Source of the DNA: a virus
Reading direction: 5' to 3' (one strand)
Virus record (IMG/VR): IMGVR_UViG_3300032286_000710
Span: 1 to 64,000 of that record
DNA length: 64,000 nt
Below the pieces are notes generated by a model. The model was not told the origin of the DNA, did not search any database, and saw only the letters and a list, made by a program, of their open reading frames with translations. Each line of letters starts with the position of its first letter. The first letter of the stretch is position 1. A program made the translations under genes and the position numbers. Below, piece after piece: positions 8,341 to 16,478 of this stretch.

Positions 8341-8508
8341 ATGCTTCCAAATCCACAGGATCATTCAAAATGGTACTATGTAGATTTTTACATGACGAAT
8401 GATTATACTAACGGCACTCGTATAGAAGGAACAAAAGAAGATCTACAAAGAATAGTAGACATGTTAAATATTGCAATTTATCAAATGCCTGTTGATATTG
8501 AAAAGTAA
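8341..8508 (+). CDS. hypothetical protein; frame open upstream to 8263
   Basis: 55-aa ORF filling the gap before 8525. Confidence 0.45.
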   Translation: MLPNPQDHSKWYYVDFYMTNDYTNGTRIEGTKEDLQRIVDMLNIAIYQMPVDIEK

Positions 8509-8524
8509 CTAAAGGAGAATAAAC

Positions 8525-8767
8525 ATGAATAGTTTTTGGAAAGGTTTCTGTAACTTATTTGGTTGTTTTAGTCCTAAAACGCTAGACGAAAGCATGGAGG
8601 ATTTATATTCACGAATGGGATGGGGACAATATCACAATCCTTGTGAATCTTATAATACTGCTGTTGATATTAACAGAGCATTAGAAGAGCAAACATTTTC
8701 TAATATGATTAAAGATCCATCAAGACCAAGAATTAATCAGTGCTATAATAGACAAAGATACAAATGA
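8525..8767 (+). CDS. hypothetical protein
   Basis: AAGGAG RBS. Confidence 0.7.
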   Translation: MNSFWKGFCNLFGCFSPKTLDESMEDLYSRMGWGQYHNPCESYNTAVDINRALEEQTFSNMIKDPSRPRINQCYNRQRYK

Positions 8768-9045
8768 AAACCTATAAGAAAAAAACAGTTAAAGTTCTTG
8801 ATAAGATTCATTGTGATTGCTGTGGAGAAAATTGCTCCAAAAATATAGACCATGAATATGCTGAACTAAGTGCTACTTGGGGCTATTGTTCCAATCAAGA
8901 TGGTACTCAATATGATATTCAAATTTGTGAAACTTGTTTCACTGAAGTATTAGATTACATTAAAGACAAACGACGAAAAGTTTTGGGGGCATTCAATTAC
9001 CCATATGATCATGATCCTTTAAATGGAAAGACATATTTCCCATGA
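8764..9045 (+). CDS. Zn-finger hypothetical protein
   Basis: CDCCG...WGY...ICETC. Confidence 0.75.
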   Translation: MKTYKKKTVKVLDKIHCDCCGENCSKNIDHEYAELSATWGYCSNQDGTQYDIQICETCFTEVLDYIKDKRRKVLGAFNYPYDHDPLNGKTYFP

Positions 9046-9290
9046 ATGATTTTTCATACACAACCGCATTAACAATCTTTATCACTTATGTTGCAATTGA
9101 TATGTTATACGCTTGGTACATTATGAGCGTTAACAAAAAACGGGCCTTTACAGCAGCAGTCCTCACTAGTATAATCTACAGTCTACTGGCGTTTGGCGTG
9201 GTATCATATAGTAAGAACATTTACTACTTAATTCCACTAGCGTCTGGGGCATTTCTTGGTACATATTTAATGGTTAAATTTAAGGAATAA
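9042..9290 (+). CDS. small multi-TM membrane protein
   Basis: Three hydrophobic helices; GAFLGTY motif. Confidence 0.75.
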   Translation: MNDFSYTTALTIFITYVAIDMLYAWYIMSVNKKRAFTAAVLTSIIYSLLAFGVVSYSKNIYYLIPLASGAFLGTYLMVKFKE

Positions 9291-9291
9291 C

Positions 9292-9513
9292 ATGAAAGCC
9301 ACATTTGAATTCGACTTTCCAGAAGATGAGCGTGAATATGAGGTAATGAATCAAGCCCATAAAATGCAAAAAATGTTATGGGGATTTAGTCAACAATTAC
9401 GAGAGTGGGAAAAATATGGTCATCAGTTTAATAGTGCTGATAATGCTGTATATAGTATAAGAGAAGAATTTTACAAAATGCTCAACAACTATGAAGTGAA
9501 TATTGATCTATAA
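9292..9513 (+). CDS. conserved phage hypothetical protein
   Basis: AAGGA RBS; MKATFEFDFPEDE N-terminus. Confidence 0.75.
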   Translation: MKATFEFDFPEDEREYEVMNQAHKMQKMLWGFSQQLREWEKYGHQFNSADNAVYSIREEFYKMLNNYEVNIDL

Positions 9514-10244
9514 TGTTTAAACTAAAGAAAAGAAGTCGAATCAATTACTGGAGTTGTTCAAAGTTCGCTAATCTTATTAGAGGCGACGAAAAACCTTTTG
9601 CTTTGCCTTGGGATGAATGGGAAACTTGGCGACAAACATCAGCAAAGAACCATCCTTATCGTTATTGGGTGGCTGAAGAAGTTTTAGACTTTTTGCAGGA
9701 TATTGTGCATCTTCCTATGGATATTTACTATACCATAGAAGTTTATGTTCGTAACAGATATATTGACAAACTTCATTATTTGCGAACAGGATTAAAGCCG
9801 GGTGAATATTATGATCCTGACTATCGTATTCTTCATGGGTTGTTCAATGAGTTGGTTATTTTTGTTGAGAGCGAACAGGCTCATTTGATGAAAGCATATC
9901 CAGAACGAAAATATAAGTTCGTTAAAGGACGATGCAAACAAGCGGGTTTGGATTATCTAAACTGGGCAGTTCAATTAAAATTGAATGAAGATTATGGTTT
10001 CAGTCCAGATGATGAAGATTATAATAAGCCAACAGCACAGGCTATAGACTCTCAGAAGATTTTGAGACTTTACAATTGGTGGTTGGATAGAGATTATAGA
10101 GTTGATCCTCATGATCTTTTCAACAAAGAAAAAGACGGAAAATATTATTATCGTAAGATTGGTGAGATGGAGGACAATTACGATAAAGAAGATACTGAGA
10201 AATTAATTGAACTAATCAAGATTAGGAGTTCATTGTGGACATGA
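9513..10244 (+). CDS. conserved phage hypothetical protein
   Basis: 243 aa; LYNWW...LIKIRSSLWT C-terminus. Confidence 0.8.
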   Translation: MFKLKKRSRINYWSCSKFANLIRGDEKPFALPWDEWETWRQTSAKNHPYRYWVAEEVLDFLQDIVHLPMDIYYTIEVYVRNRYIDKLHYLRTGLKPGEYYDPDYRILHGLFNELVIFVESEQAHLMKAYPERKYKFVKGRCKQAGLDYLNWAVQLKLNEDYGFSPDDEDYNKPTAQAIDSQKILRLYNWWLDRDYRVDPHDLFNKEKDGKYYYRKIGEMEDNYDKEDTEKLIELIKIRSSLWT

Positions 10245-10744
10245 AAAAATATTCCACTTCGCCAGAACGAGGAAGTTTTTATCGCAAACACTGGTTGGAA
10301 CAATTAGAACAAATGAAAACTCCTCAAGACGTTTATGAAGGAATGATGAAAATACTTGATGAAGACGATAAAAGAGAAGAAGATGAAGATAAAACTTTTA
10401 ATTTAGGATATGATCTTCGCTCAAATGAAAGAATGTTATCAAAAGCCCGTAATAGCGAAGTTTATTGTGAACAATTATACGCCGCTCTTTGTAATAATCA
10501 ATTCTTTTATGGAGACAAAGAATGGACTTGTACCTGGAGATTTGCTGGCGGTATAATCTCTGACATGATACAAAAAGGGGACTATATTGATTGGTATTGC
10601 AGCGGAAACGAAGGTTTTGTTACTGATGAAATTAAATTAGATTTGATGATGATGGGATGGATTGTAAAACCTTATGATGTTAAACAAAAAAGATTAGAAG
10701 CATTAGAAAAATTAAGTGACCTCGACGAAGAATTAGGATTATAA
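10241..10744 (+). CDS. conserved phage hypothetical protein
   Basis: LYAALCNN...WRFAGG...GDYIDWYCSG. Confidence 0.8.
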   Translation: MKKYSTSPERGSFYRKHWLEQLEQMKTPQDVYEGMMKILDEDDKREEDEDKTFNLGYDLRSNERMLSKARNSEVYCEQLYAALCNNQFFYGDKEWTCTWRFAGGIISDMIQKGDYIDWYCSGNEGFVTDEIKLDLMMMGWIVKPYDVKQKRLEALEKLSDLDEELGL

Positions 10745-10759
10745 TACTGGAGAAGAAAT

Positions 10760-10993
10760 ATGAAAAAGAAAATTACTAAAAAGAAAAAGCCCGTCAAGCA
10801 AAAGATTGATGTGGTATTAGAGTCATTAGTTAATCTTGAAAGAAAAGTCAAGGAACTAATAGGTAAAGTAGAAAGTTTGCATAAGCAAAGGTATTATTAT
10901 CCATACAACGCCGAACCCAAAAAATATTGGCCGGGTGATTACCCAAAATATAAAGATGTAACATGGGATGCTATTGACAAAGGTTTACAATAG
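10760..10993 (+). CDS. hypothetical protein
   Basis: GGAG RBS; basic N-terminus, coiled coil. Confidence 0.65.
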   Translation: MKKKITKKKKPVKQKIDVVLESLVNLERKVKELIGKVESLHKQRYYYPYNAEPKKYWPGDYPKYKDVTWDAIDKGLQ

Positions 10994-11090
10994 TGAATAT
11001 TGAGCTAATACAAAATGGAATCCACCAGAGTATAACTAATGACTAACTTAACAACTGAACAAAAGTTTGCTATTTTTTAGAAAATAAATC

Positions 11091-11321
11091 ATGAAAATAA
11101 TTAGTGAAAGAAGGTCTACTATTGATGGGAACATATTGTTATCTTGTATAATAGAATACCGAAATAGAAAATTCAAAATTAGTGAGTGTTCACCTACAAA
11201 ATTATACATATGGTCAGGATTTAATGGTTGGTTGTTTATAGATAATGGATATCCAAAACATACTACTCAAGAAAGTATAGATCAATTTTTAGATATTATG
11301 AGAGCTTATACTGATGAATAA
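11091..11321 (+). CDS. hypothetical protein
   Basis: 76-aa ORF overlapping the next gene. Confidence 0.6.
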   Translation: MKIISERRSTIDGNILLSCIIEYRNRKFKISECSPTKLYIWSGFNGWLFIDNGYPKHTTQESIDQFLDIMRAYTDE

Positions 11322-11511
11322 ATCAATAACTGAACCAGAATTAAAAGATCGTCTACGACAAATTGTACAACATGAATTTATTGAAGAATGGTTAGATACT
11401 CCTAATAAAGCTTTTGGAAATAAAACACCACGCCAATTAATTATAGATCAGAATACATTAGAAATTGAACGTATGTTATATGTTATGGAAACCGGAGAAC
11501 CACTTTTATGA
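11314..11511 (+). CDS. MbcA/ParS/Xre antitoxin C-terminal (DUF2384-like) domain protein
   Basis: EWLDTPNKAFGNKTPRQLI...IERMLYVMETG matches the WLxxPnxaLggxxPxxLl signature. Confidence 0.75.
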   Translation: MNKSITEPELKDRLRQIVQHEFIEEWLDTPNKAFGNKTPRQLIIDQNTLEIERMLYVMETGEPLL

Positions 11512-11654
11512 ACATTGATATTAACAAAAATGAAGCATGGAAGATACTGGATGCTCTAGCGTCCTATAAAAAAGACTACGCATTAAGTGGGGCGGTTGTT
11601 AAAACAATTGACAGTGCTATTAAGAAACTAAGGGATTTTGTAAATGAAAATTAA
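11508..11654 (+). CDS. hypothetical protein (48 aa, not in ORF track)
   Basis: GGAG RBS, ATGA overlap; MNIDINKNEAWKILDAL. Confidence 0.6.
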   Translation: MNIDINKNEAWKILDALASYKKDYALSGAVVKTIDSAIKKLRDFVNEN

Positions 11655-11853
11655 TAATAAGACTCATATAACTATGAGCGATGAAGATGTTAAAGATGCT
11701 ATTATAAAGTATCTTTATCAGAATCAGGGGTTGAGTGGTATTTTTGATGTGAAATTTAAGGTTGTGAACAAACCTATTGGTCTAAATACAAGAGATAATA
11801 TGGATCACTGGGTATTTGATGGGGCAGAGATTGAGGTTGATTTAAATGAATGA
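11644..11853 (+). CDS. hypothetical protein
   Basis: Tight packing. Confidence 0.65.
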   Translation: MKINNKTHITMSDEDVKDAIIKYLYQNQGLSGIFDVKFKVVNKPIGLNTRDNMDHWVFDGAEIEVDLNE

Positions 11854-11934
11854 ACCAACTGCTTGGACAATATTGGGCATAGTATATATTATATGTGCAA
11901 TAGTCACGGTAATAATCTGTCAAATTGAGAAAAG

Positions 11935-12123
11935 ATGATTTGCTTTAAAATAAATCCAGAACTTACATGCGAAAAGGTATGTAATGCTCTGAAAAAATTG
12001 TTGGATGGTGGCAATCACCAAGGAGATACATTCTTGGTAATCACCATAAAAAAAGTAGAACAAACAAATGATGATTTAATACCCAAGCTTACACATGAGG
12101 TTGATGTTAATAATATTGATTAA
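11935..12123 (+). CDS. hypothetical protein
   Basis: 62-aa ORF. Confidence 0.55.
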   Translation: MICFKINPELTCEKVCNALKKLLDGGNHQGDTFLVITIKKVEQTNDDLIPKLTHEVDVNNID

Positions 12124-12130
12124 TTAAAAA

Positions 12131-12140
12131 GTGTATATAT
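12131..12140 (+). promoter_or_regulatory. GTGTATA(T/A) motif, putative late promoter
   Basis: Recurrent intergenic motif upstream of the thioredoxin-tmRNA unit. Confidence 0.55.
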
Positions 12141-12183
12141 ATTCAAGGTAGAATATATTATTTACCAACTGGAGGGTTATAGC

Positions 12184-12525
12184 ATGAGAAATACACTAGT
12201 GTCTGTCCTTTTGATTTCGTGTTTAATATCTATCGCTTCTGCTTTTGCTTTTGAGAATAAAAACGAAAAAATTCTAATCATATTTTCCGCTGATTGGTGC
12301 AAATACTGTCATATAGCTAAGAATGACATGAAAAATGACCCACAATTATCAGAGATTGTAAAAAATTATACCATCGTAGACGTAGATTTTGATGTTGACA
12401 AAGACATAGTTGAAGGCTACAATATAAAAACGATCCCTGCCTTTGTTGTTTTTGAAAACGGCAAAGAAAAGGGAAGAAAGATTGGCTATAGTGGGCCAAG
12501 TAGTTTAATAAACTTTTTAAAATAA
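12184..12525 (+). CDS. secreted thioredoxin-family protein
   Basis: Signal peptide; FSADWCKYC active site; IPAF cis-Pro loop. Confidence 0.9.
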   Translation: MRNTLVSVLLISCLISIASAFAFENKNEKILIIFSADWCKYCHIAKNDMKNDPQLSEIVKNYTIVDVDFDVDKDIVEGYNIKTIPAFVVFENGKEKGRKIGYSGPSSLINFLK

Positions 12526-12878
12526 GGGGGCGAAAGGTATCGACAGGTAAACGGATATATAGATGGCATCCACTGGTTAATCGACCGGCCAGTATAAAAG
12601 TCGATTAAAATGTTAGTTGGCGAAACTCGTTTCGCTCTCGCTGCCTGACCTAGTTAGGCAAGAGTGCGGTGGCATGAACCGTATTGCCCAATCATGCTGA
12701 CTCCGATAATCGGATATGGTATCCTCACCAAACATAAATGGGGATGATGATTGTACTCAATCTGACACAGATAATTCTGTTAGTTTTGTTAGCTGTGCGA
12801 TAACAACTAACTAAGGATGTAGATGTTTATATTGGTGTATACTCTGGACGCGGCTTTCGAATGCCGCCGCCTCCACCA
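12526..12878 (+). ncRNA. ssrA: tmRNA
   Basis: GGGGGCG/CGCCTCC acceptor stem with G3.U70, ACCA end, GGTATCGAC 5' motif, T-arm GCGGC-TTTCGAAT-GCCGC; tag ORF 12619-12648 GETRFALAA*. Confidence 0.93.
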
Positions 12879-12899
12879 TATTATCGTGCGCCTCCACCA
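12868..12899 (+). repeat. 11-bp direct repeat of the tmRNA 3' end
   Basis: CGCCTCCACCA at 12868-12878 and 12889-12899. Confidence 0.85.
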
Positions 12900-12932
12900 C
12901 TTTTTTGTGTATAATGTAGTGGAGGCAAAATT

Positions 12933-13478
12933 ATGAAAACAACAGAAATAACCTGTGCAGAATGTGGAATAAAAAGCTCTAAAAAAAAAGCAGAAATAGA
13001 TAGACAAATAAAAAAAGGAAAAACTGTTTTTTATTGCAGTATTAGCTGTGCTTCTAAAAATTCATGTTCACACTTAGCAAAATATCACGGATCATACAAT
13101 CAAAATTTAGTATCAAATAATAGATTAGATGAGTTTACGTCGTTTAAATGGTATATCAAAGCCGTTCGGAAAAATTCAAAAAGTAGAAAGCACGAATATA
13201 ATATTGATTGTAAGTACTTAAAAAAGTTATGGGAAGAACAAAATGGAACTTGTCCATTTACAAATAAAAAATTAACATTGAGAACTCATTCAAATAATGA
13301 TATCAAAAAATATCCATATCAAGCATCATTAGATAGAATAGATAGCTCTATTGGATATATTGAAAGTAATGTAAGATTCGTTGCTTTGATATATAACTAT
13401 GCTAAGAATACATTTTCTGACGATGATGTAATAAATTTTTGTAAGAATGTATGCGACAGACTTGACAATAGCAACTAG
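12933..13478 (+). CDS. putative HNH-like (His-Me) endonuclease with N-terminal Zn finger
   Basis: CAEC..YCSISC; QNGTCPFT...SLDRIDSSIGY...NVRFV...NYAKN. Confidence 0.75.
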   Translation: MKTTEITCAECGIKSSKKKAEIDRQIKKGKTVFYCSISCASKNSCSHLAKYHGSYNQNLVSNNRLDEFTSFKWYIKAVRKNSKSRKHEYNIDCKYLKKLWEEQNGTCPFTNKKLTLRTHSNNDIKKYPYQASLDRIDSSIGYIESNVRFVALIYNYAKNTFSDDDVINFCKNVCDRLDNSN

Positions 13479-13490
13479 TAGTGATACAAT
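13462..13490 (+). promoter_or_regulatory. sigma70-type promoter for the tRNA
   Basis: TTGACA-17 nt-TACAAT, 5 nt upstream of the tRNA. Confidence 0.8.
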
Positions 13491-13495
13491 TCTTA

Positions 13496-13582
13496 GGAAG
13501 AATGGCAGAGTGGACTAATGCATCTGATTACTAATCAGAAGAAGCTTAAAAACTTCCGTGGGTTCGAATCCTACTTCTTCCG
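13496..13582 (+). tRNA. tRNA-Ser, anticodon ACT (ACU), CCA not encoded
   Basis: GGAAGAA/TTCTTCC acceptor, TGGCAGAGTGG D-arm, TCTGA-TTACTAA-TCAGA anticodon arm, long variable arm, GGTTCGAATCC T-arm, G73. Confidence 0.9.
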
Positions 13583-13606
13583 TTACTTTTTATGAAAGGT
13601 TGAACA

Positions 13607-13897
13607 ATGAACGTTAAACAATTGCAAGATAGTGGATACAAAGTAAAAGTTTTTCACAACCGTCTTTATAATGGATATCACGCTTGGCAAAATGGCAAAA
13701 GAGTCTATGGTTATACTGATGGGATTATCGGGCCAGATACTAAGGGCGGTTCTACTGAAGTGATTATTGATTCTCCCAATGGTGAACGCTTGCACGGTCT
13801 TGCAATTTGCAGCACAGAAGATAACTATGATAAAAAACTCGGTGTTAGAATAGCACTTGGGAGGGCTTTGTATGCAAATGAATCAACTAGAGTTTGA
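13607..13897 (+). CDS. conserved phage hypothetical protein
   Basis: KGGST...GLAICSTEDNYDKKLGVRIALGRA motif. Confidence 0.8.
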   Translation: MNVKQLQDSGYKVKVFHNRLYNGYHAWQNGKRVYGYTDGIIGPDTKGGSTEVIIDSPNGERLHGLAICSTEDNYDKKLGVRIALGRALYANESTRV

Positions 13898-14441
13898 TTT
13901 TTCAAAAGATCAAGTAGACGATGAAGAAGAATTAACGACAGTAATCTTAAATGGAATTCCTATAAAAGAATACAGCGTTTCAAAAAGTGGTAATATATAC
14001 TCTCATTTTAAAAGAATTAATGAGGAAAAAAGTGGTTATCGTATTTGCGTTATTGATACTTCATATAAAAAACTTTTAAAACCTCGTATATGTAAGCAAG
14101 GATATAATAAGGTGGATATTTCATTTGATTGTGGTACTTTTGATTATGAATATAGCTCAAAAGGAAGATATGGATCTAAAAAACAATCATTAAATTGTCG
14201 AGTTCATAAATTAGTAATTGATAGCTGGAAGCCATTTGATCAAAATCTACCAAAAGAAATTAATGCAAAAGACTATAAAAAGACTCCAGAATCTATCAAA
14301 GTATTTCTAAGAGAATTATTCATTGTAAATCATATAGATCACAATAAATCTAATAATAGCCTTGATAATCTAGAGAGAGTAACCCACAAGCAAAATGCTA
14401 GGGCGGCAGTAAAACATTATGGGTCAATAGATGAAGATTAA
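13878..14441 (+). CDS. HNH homing endonuclease (NUMOD4-like N-terminus)
   Basis: YSVSKSGNIYS; RVHKLV; VNHIDHNKSNNSLDNLERVTHKQN. Confidence 0.85.
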   Translation: MNQLEFDFSKDQVDDEEELTTVILNGIPIKEYSVSKSGNIYSHFKRINEEKSGYRICVIDTSYKKLLKPRICKQGYNKVDISFDCGTFDYEYSSKGRYGSKKQSLNCRVHKLVIDSWKPFDQNLPKEINAKDYKKTPESIKVFLRELFIVNHIDHNKSNNSLDNLERVTHKQNARAAVKHYGSIDED

Positions 14442-14634
14442 TATAAATGACTTCCCAGTAGATACTGATGACTATATAAATAGACTATTGAGGGAGATAG
14501 AATCCCTTAAAAATACAGTAGAATCATTAAAACTGGAAATAAAAACCCAAAGAAAAGAAATAGCCCTACTTAGAGAAGAAAGAAAAGCCATTTTAGACAA
14601 CGACAAACCTCCCGGCTGGTGTATAAGATGGTAG
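14431..14634 (+). CDS. coiled-coil hypothetical protein
   Basis: Heptad pattern. Confidence 0.65.
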   Translation: MKININDFPVDTDDYINRLLREIESLKNTVESLKLEIKTQRKEIALLREERKAILDNDKPPGWCIRW

Positions 14635-14669
14635 CCTACCTAAAATATCCCACCTTAAGGAGTTTATTC

Positions 14670-14840
14670 ATGAAATATACATTTGTAGCATTATTACTAT
14701 CAGTATTAGTATCATCTTTATCGGTAAATTTACTATATATTGACCTACTTAATGAAATTAATCAGAGCCACAGTGTAAATGAGCACAAGATGAGTATAAT
14801 AATGGAAAAGGTAGATGAGTTAACATACAAGGCAGAGTAG
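14670..14840 (+). CDS. small membrane protein
   Basis: AAGGAG RBS before ATG 14670; N-terminal TM. Confidence 0.6.
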   Translation: MKYTFVALLLSVLVSSLSVNLLYIDLLNEINQSHSVNEHKMSIIMEKVDELTYKAE

Positions 14841-14967
14841 ATTCATGTTTTTATGGCTAAATGACAGACTATTTAATAGATATCTAAAAGTTTTGCGAAA
14901 GATGGATATGCGTAGTATCTATCCTATAGCATTTAAGTGTGATTTTTTATACAGAGAGGAATTTTTT

Positions 14968-15261
14968 ATGGCACTAGTTTATAATGTAACCGCTGGCCCA
15001 GTTGTTGATAGTGACGTTTCAGAGCGTAGACTTTCAGTGGCTGTTAATGGTGAAGTTCGTTCAACATCGCCCTTCCCAGCAAATACCACCAGTTTTGGTG
15101 AGCTATCATTCTCAGACAATGATAGTGTTGTTTTAACCTTAGTAGACGTTGACGATGCTGGCAATGTAAGTTCGCCAGCCACCGTGCAATTTACTGCGGT
15201 TGATACTGTACCTCCCGCAGCACCGGGTGAATTTGGCGTGGCTTTTGTTCGTGAAGAGTGA
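14968..15261 (+). CDS. stand-alone Ig-like/FN3-like protein (possible virion decoration)
   Basis: GAGGA RBS; DDAGNVS...DTVPPAAP Ig-like signature; followed by a terminator. Confidence 0.7.
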   Translation: MALVYNVTAGPVVDSDVSERRLSVAVNGEVRSTSPFPANTTSFGELSFSDNDSVVLTLVDVDDAGNVSSPATVQFTAVDTVPPAAPGEFGVAFVREE

Positions 15262-15289
15262 ACAATAGTTACCTAATAAGTAATGAATT

Positions 15290-15320
15290 AGGGGGCGGCG
15301 AAAGCTGCCCCCTTTTTATT
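15290..15320 (+). terminator. intrinsic terminator
   Basis: AGGGGGCGGC-GAAA-GCTGCCCCCT followed by TTTT. Confidence 0.9.
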
Positions 15321-15322
15321 TA

Positions 15323-15331
15323 GTGTATATA
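15323..15331 (+). promoter_or_regulatory. GTGTATATA motif, putative late promoter
   Basis: Directly after a terminator and about 30 nt before ATG 15362. Confidence 0.6.
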
Positions 15332-15361
15332 TATAAGGGTTTTTAATCTTATGGGAAAATT

Positions 15362-15724
15362 ATGTTTAATTGGTTAAGAGATAAAATATCTGACTATTCT
15401 AGATCGCCCCAGTGGTCTAACGTTAGGAAGGAACATTTAAAACATCAATCAATTTGTCAGGCATGTGGGAGAAAAAATGATCTACAAGTCCATCACATAA
15501 TACCATATCATTTAGATCCAAGTAATGAATTAAATCCAGATAATTTAATAACATTATGTTCTGATTGTCATCTATTATTGGGCCATTTGATGGACTACAA
15601 AAGTTGGAATACAAATGTAGTCACTGATTGTGAACAAATATCACTCAAAATCAAAAATAGGCCATACAATGAACAAACTTATCAACAGCCTCCTAGTTGG
15701 ATTTCTTATTGGTTTAATATCTAA
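15362..15724 (+). CDS. HNH endonuclease
   Basis: CQACG...VHHIIP...NLITLCSDCH. Confidence 0.9.
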   Translation: MFNWLRDKISDYSRSPQWSNVRKEHLKHQSICQACGRKNDLQVHHIIPYHLDPSNELNPDNLITLCSDCHLLLGHLMDYKSWNTNVVTDCEQISLKIKNRPYNEQTYQQPPSWISYWFNI

Positions 15725-16433
15725 CATATACGCTGGAACAATAGACCCTAACACTCCAGATGAAAAATACATTGAATACGGTAAAAAGTTTGATTGCGTA
15801 TTAGAGATAATGGGTTCTTATGATAATGATGAAGGATTATTTTCAGCCTCTGCTGTTGCTATAGATTCTCGCTGGGTATTAACGGCGGCTCATGTTGTTA
15901 AGGATTCTAAGTTTGCTTTCTTGCACAGCGAAAAGAAAAAACAGATTATAGTTATAGATGAAATTATGTGCCACGAAGATTTTGAAAATAGGCAATTTGG
16001 ATTTGCAGACATAGCACTATGCCACACAACCTCAGATATAGATCTTGAATTTTATCCACAATTATACGAAGAATCAAACGAAATTAACAAAATATGTGCC
16101 ATTGCTGGCTATGGTAAAACTGGTACTTTTATAACTGGAATACAGAATGGAGATAAGAAAAAAAGGGGCGGATCAAACAAAATAGACAGAATAGAAAATG
16201 ATCTTTTGATTTGCAGTCCATCTATATCAAATAGAACAGAACTTGAGTTTCTAATAGGTAGTGGTGATAGCGGAGGCGGTTTATTTATAGATGGCAAATT
16301 GGCTGGAATAAATTCTTGCGTCACAACCCTTGACAAAAAGCCAGACTCAACGTATAATGATGATAGTGGACATACAAGGATTAGCAATTTTTTAGATTGG
16401 ATAAGACAAAAGACTCAAAAGAAAAGGGAGTAG
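15669..16433 (+). CDS. secreted trypsin-like serine protease (S1)
   Basis: Signal peptide; LTAAH, DIAL and GDSGGG catalytic triad motifs. Confidence 0.9.
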   Translation: MNKLINSLLVGFLIGLISNIYAGTIDPNTPDEKYIEYGKKFDCVLEIMGSYDNDEGLFSASAVAIDSRWVLTAAHVVKDSKFAFLHSEKKKQIIVIDEIMCHEDFENRQFGFADIALCHTTSDIDLEFYPQLYEESNEINKICAIAGYGKTGTFITGIQNGDKKKRGGSNKIDRIENDLLICSPSISNRTELEFLIGSGDSGGGLFIDGKLAGINSCVTTLDKKPDSTYNDDSGHTRISNFLDWIRQKTQKKRE

Positions 16434-16450
16434 ACACAAGGCCCACTCCC
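16417..16450 (-). terminator. terminator for the minus-strand gene
   Basis: GGGAGT...ACTCCC stem with a T-tract on the minus strand. Confidence 0.6.
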
Positions 16451-16478
16451 ATAACCAATTTGGTTTATTTGCTATCTA

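Noticed and set aside
10994-11090. Short MTNLTTEQKFAIF* remnant as a pseudogene
   Set aside because: Too short to support; possibly a deletion remnant but not demonstrable from the sequence alone.
12868-12899. attL/attR of an element integrated in a host tmRNA
   Set aside because: The repeats are only 10 nt apart, there is no integrase, and phage-like genes continue on both sides.
13528-13534. Reading the tRNA as an amber suppressor (CTA within TTACTAA), implying stop-codon recoding
   Set aside because: The 5-bp stem and 7-nt loop centre ACT after U33. Conserved genes are uninterrupted, and TAG, TGA and TAA all end genes normally.
14845-14967. N-terminal extension of the Ig-like ORF given in the track
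   Set aside because: A strong GAGGA RBS precedes ATG 14968, and the composition changes there.
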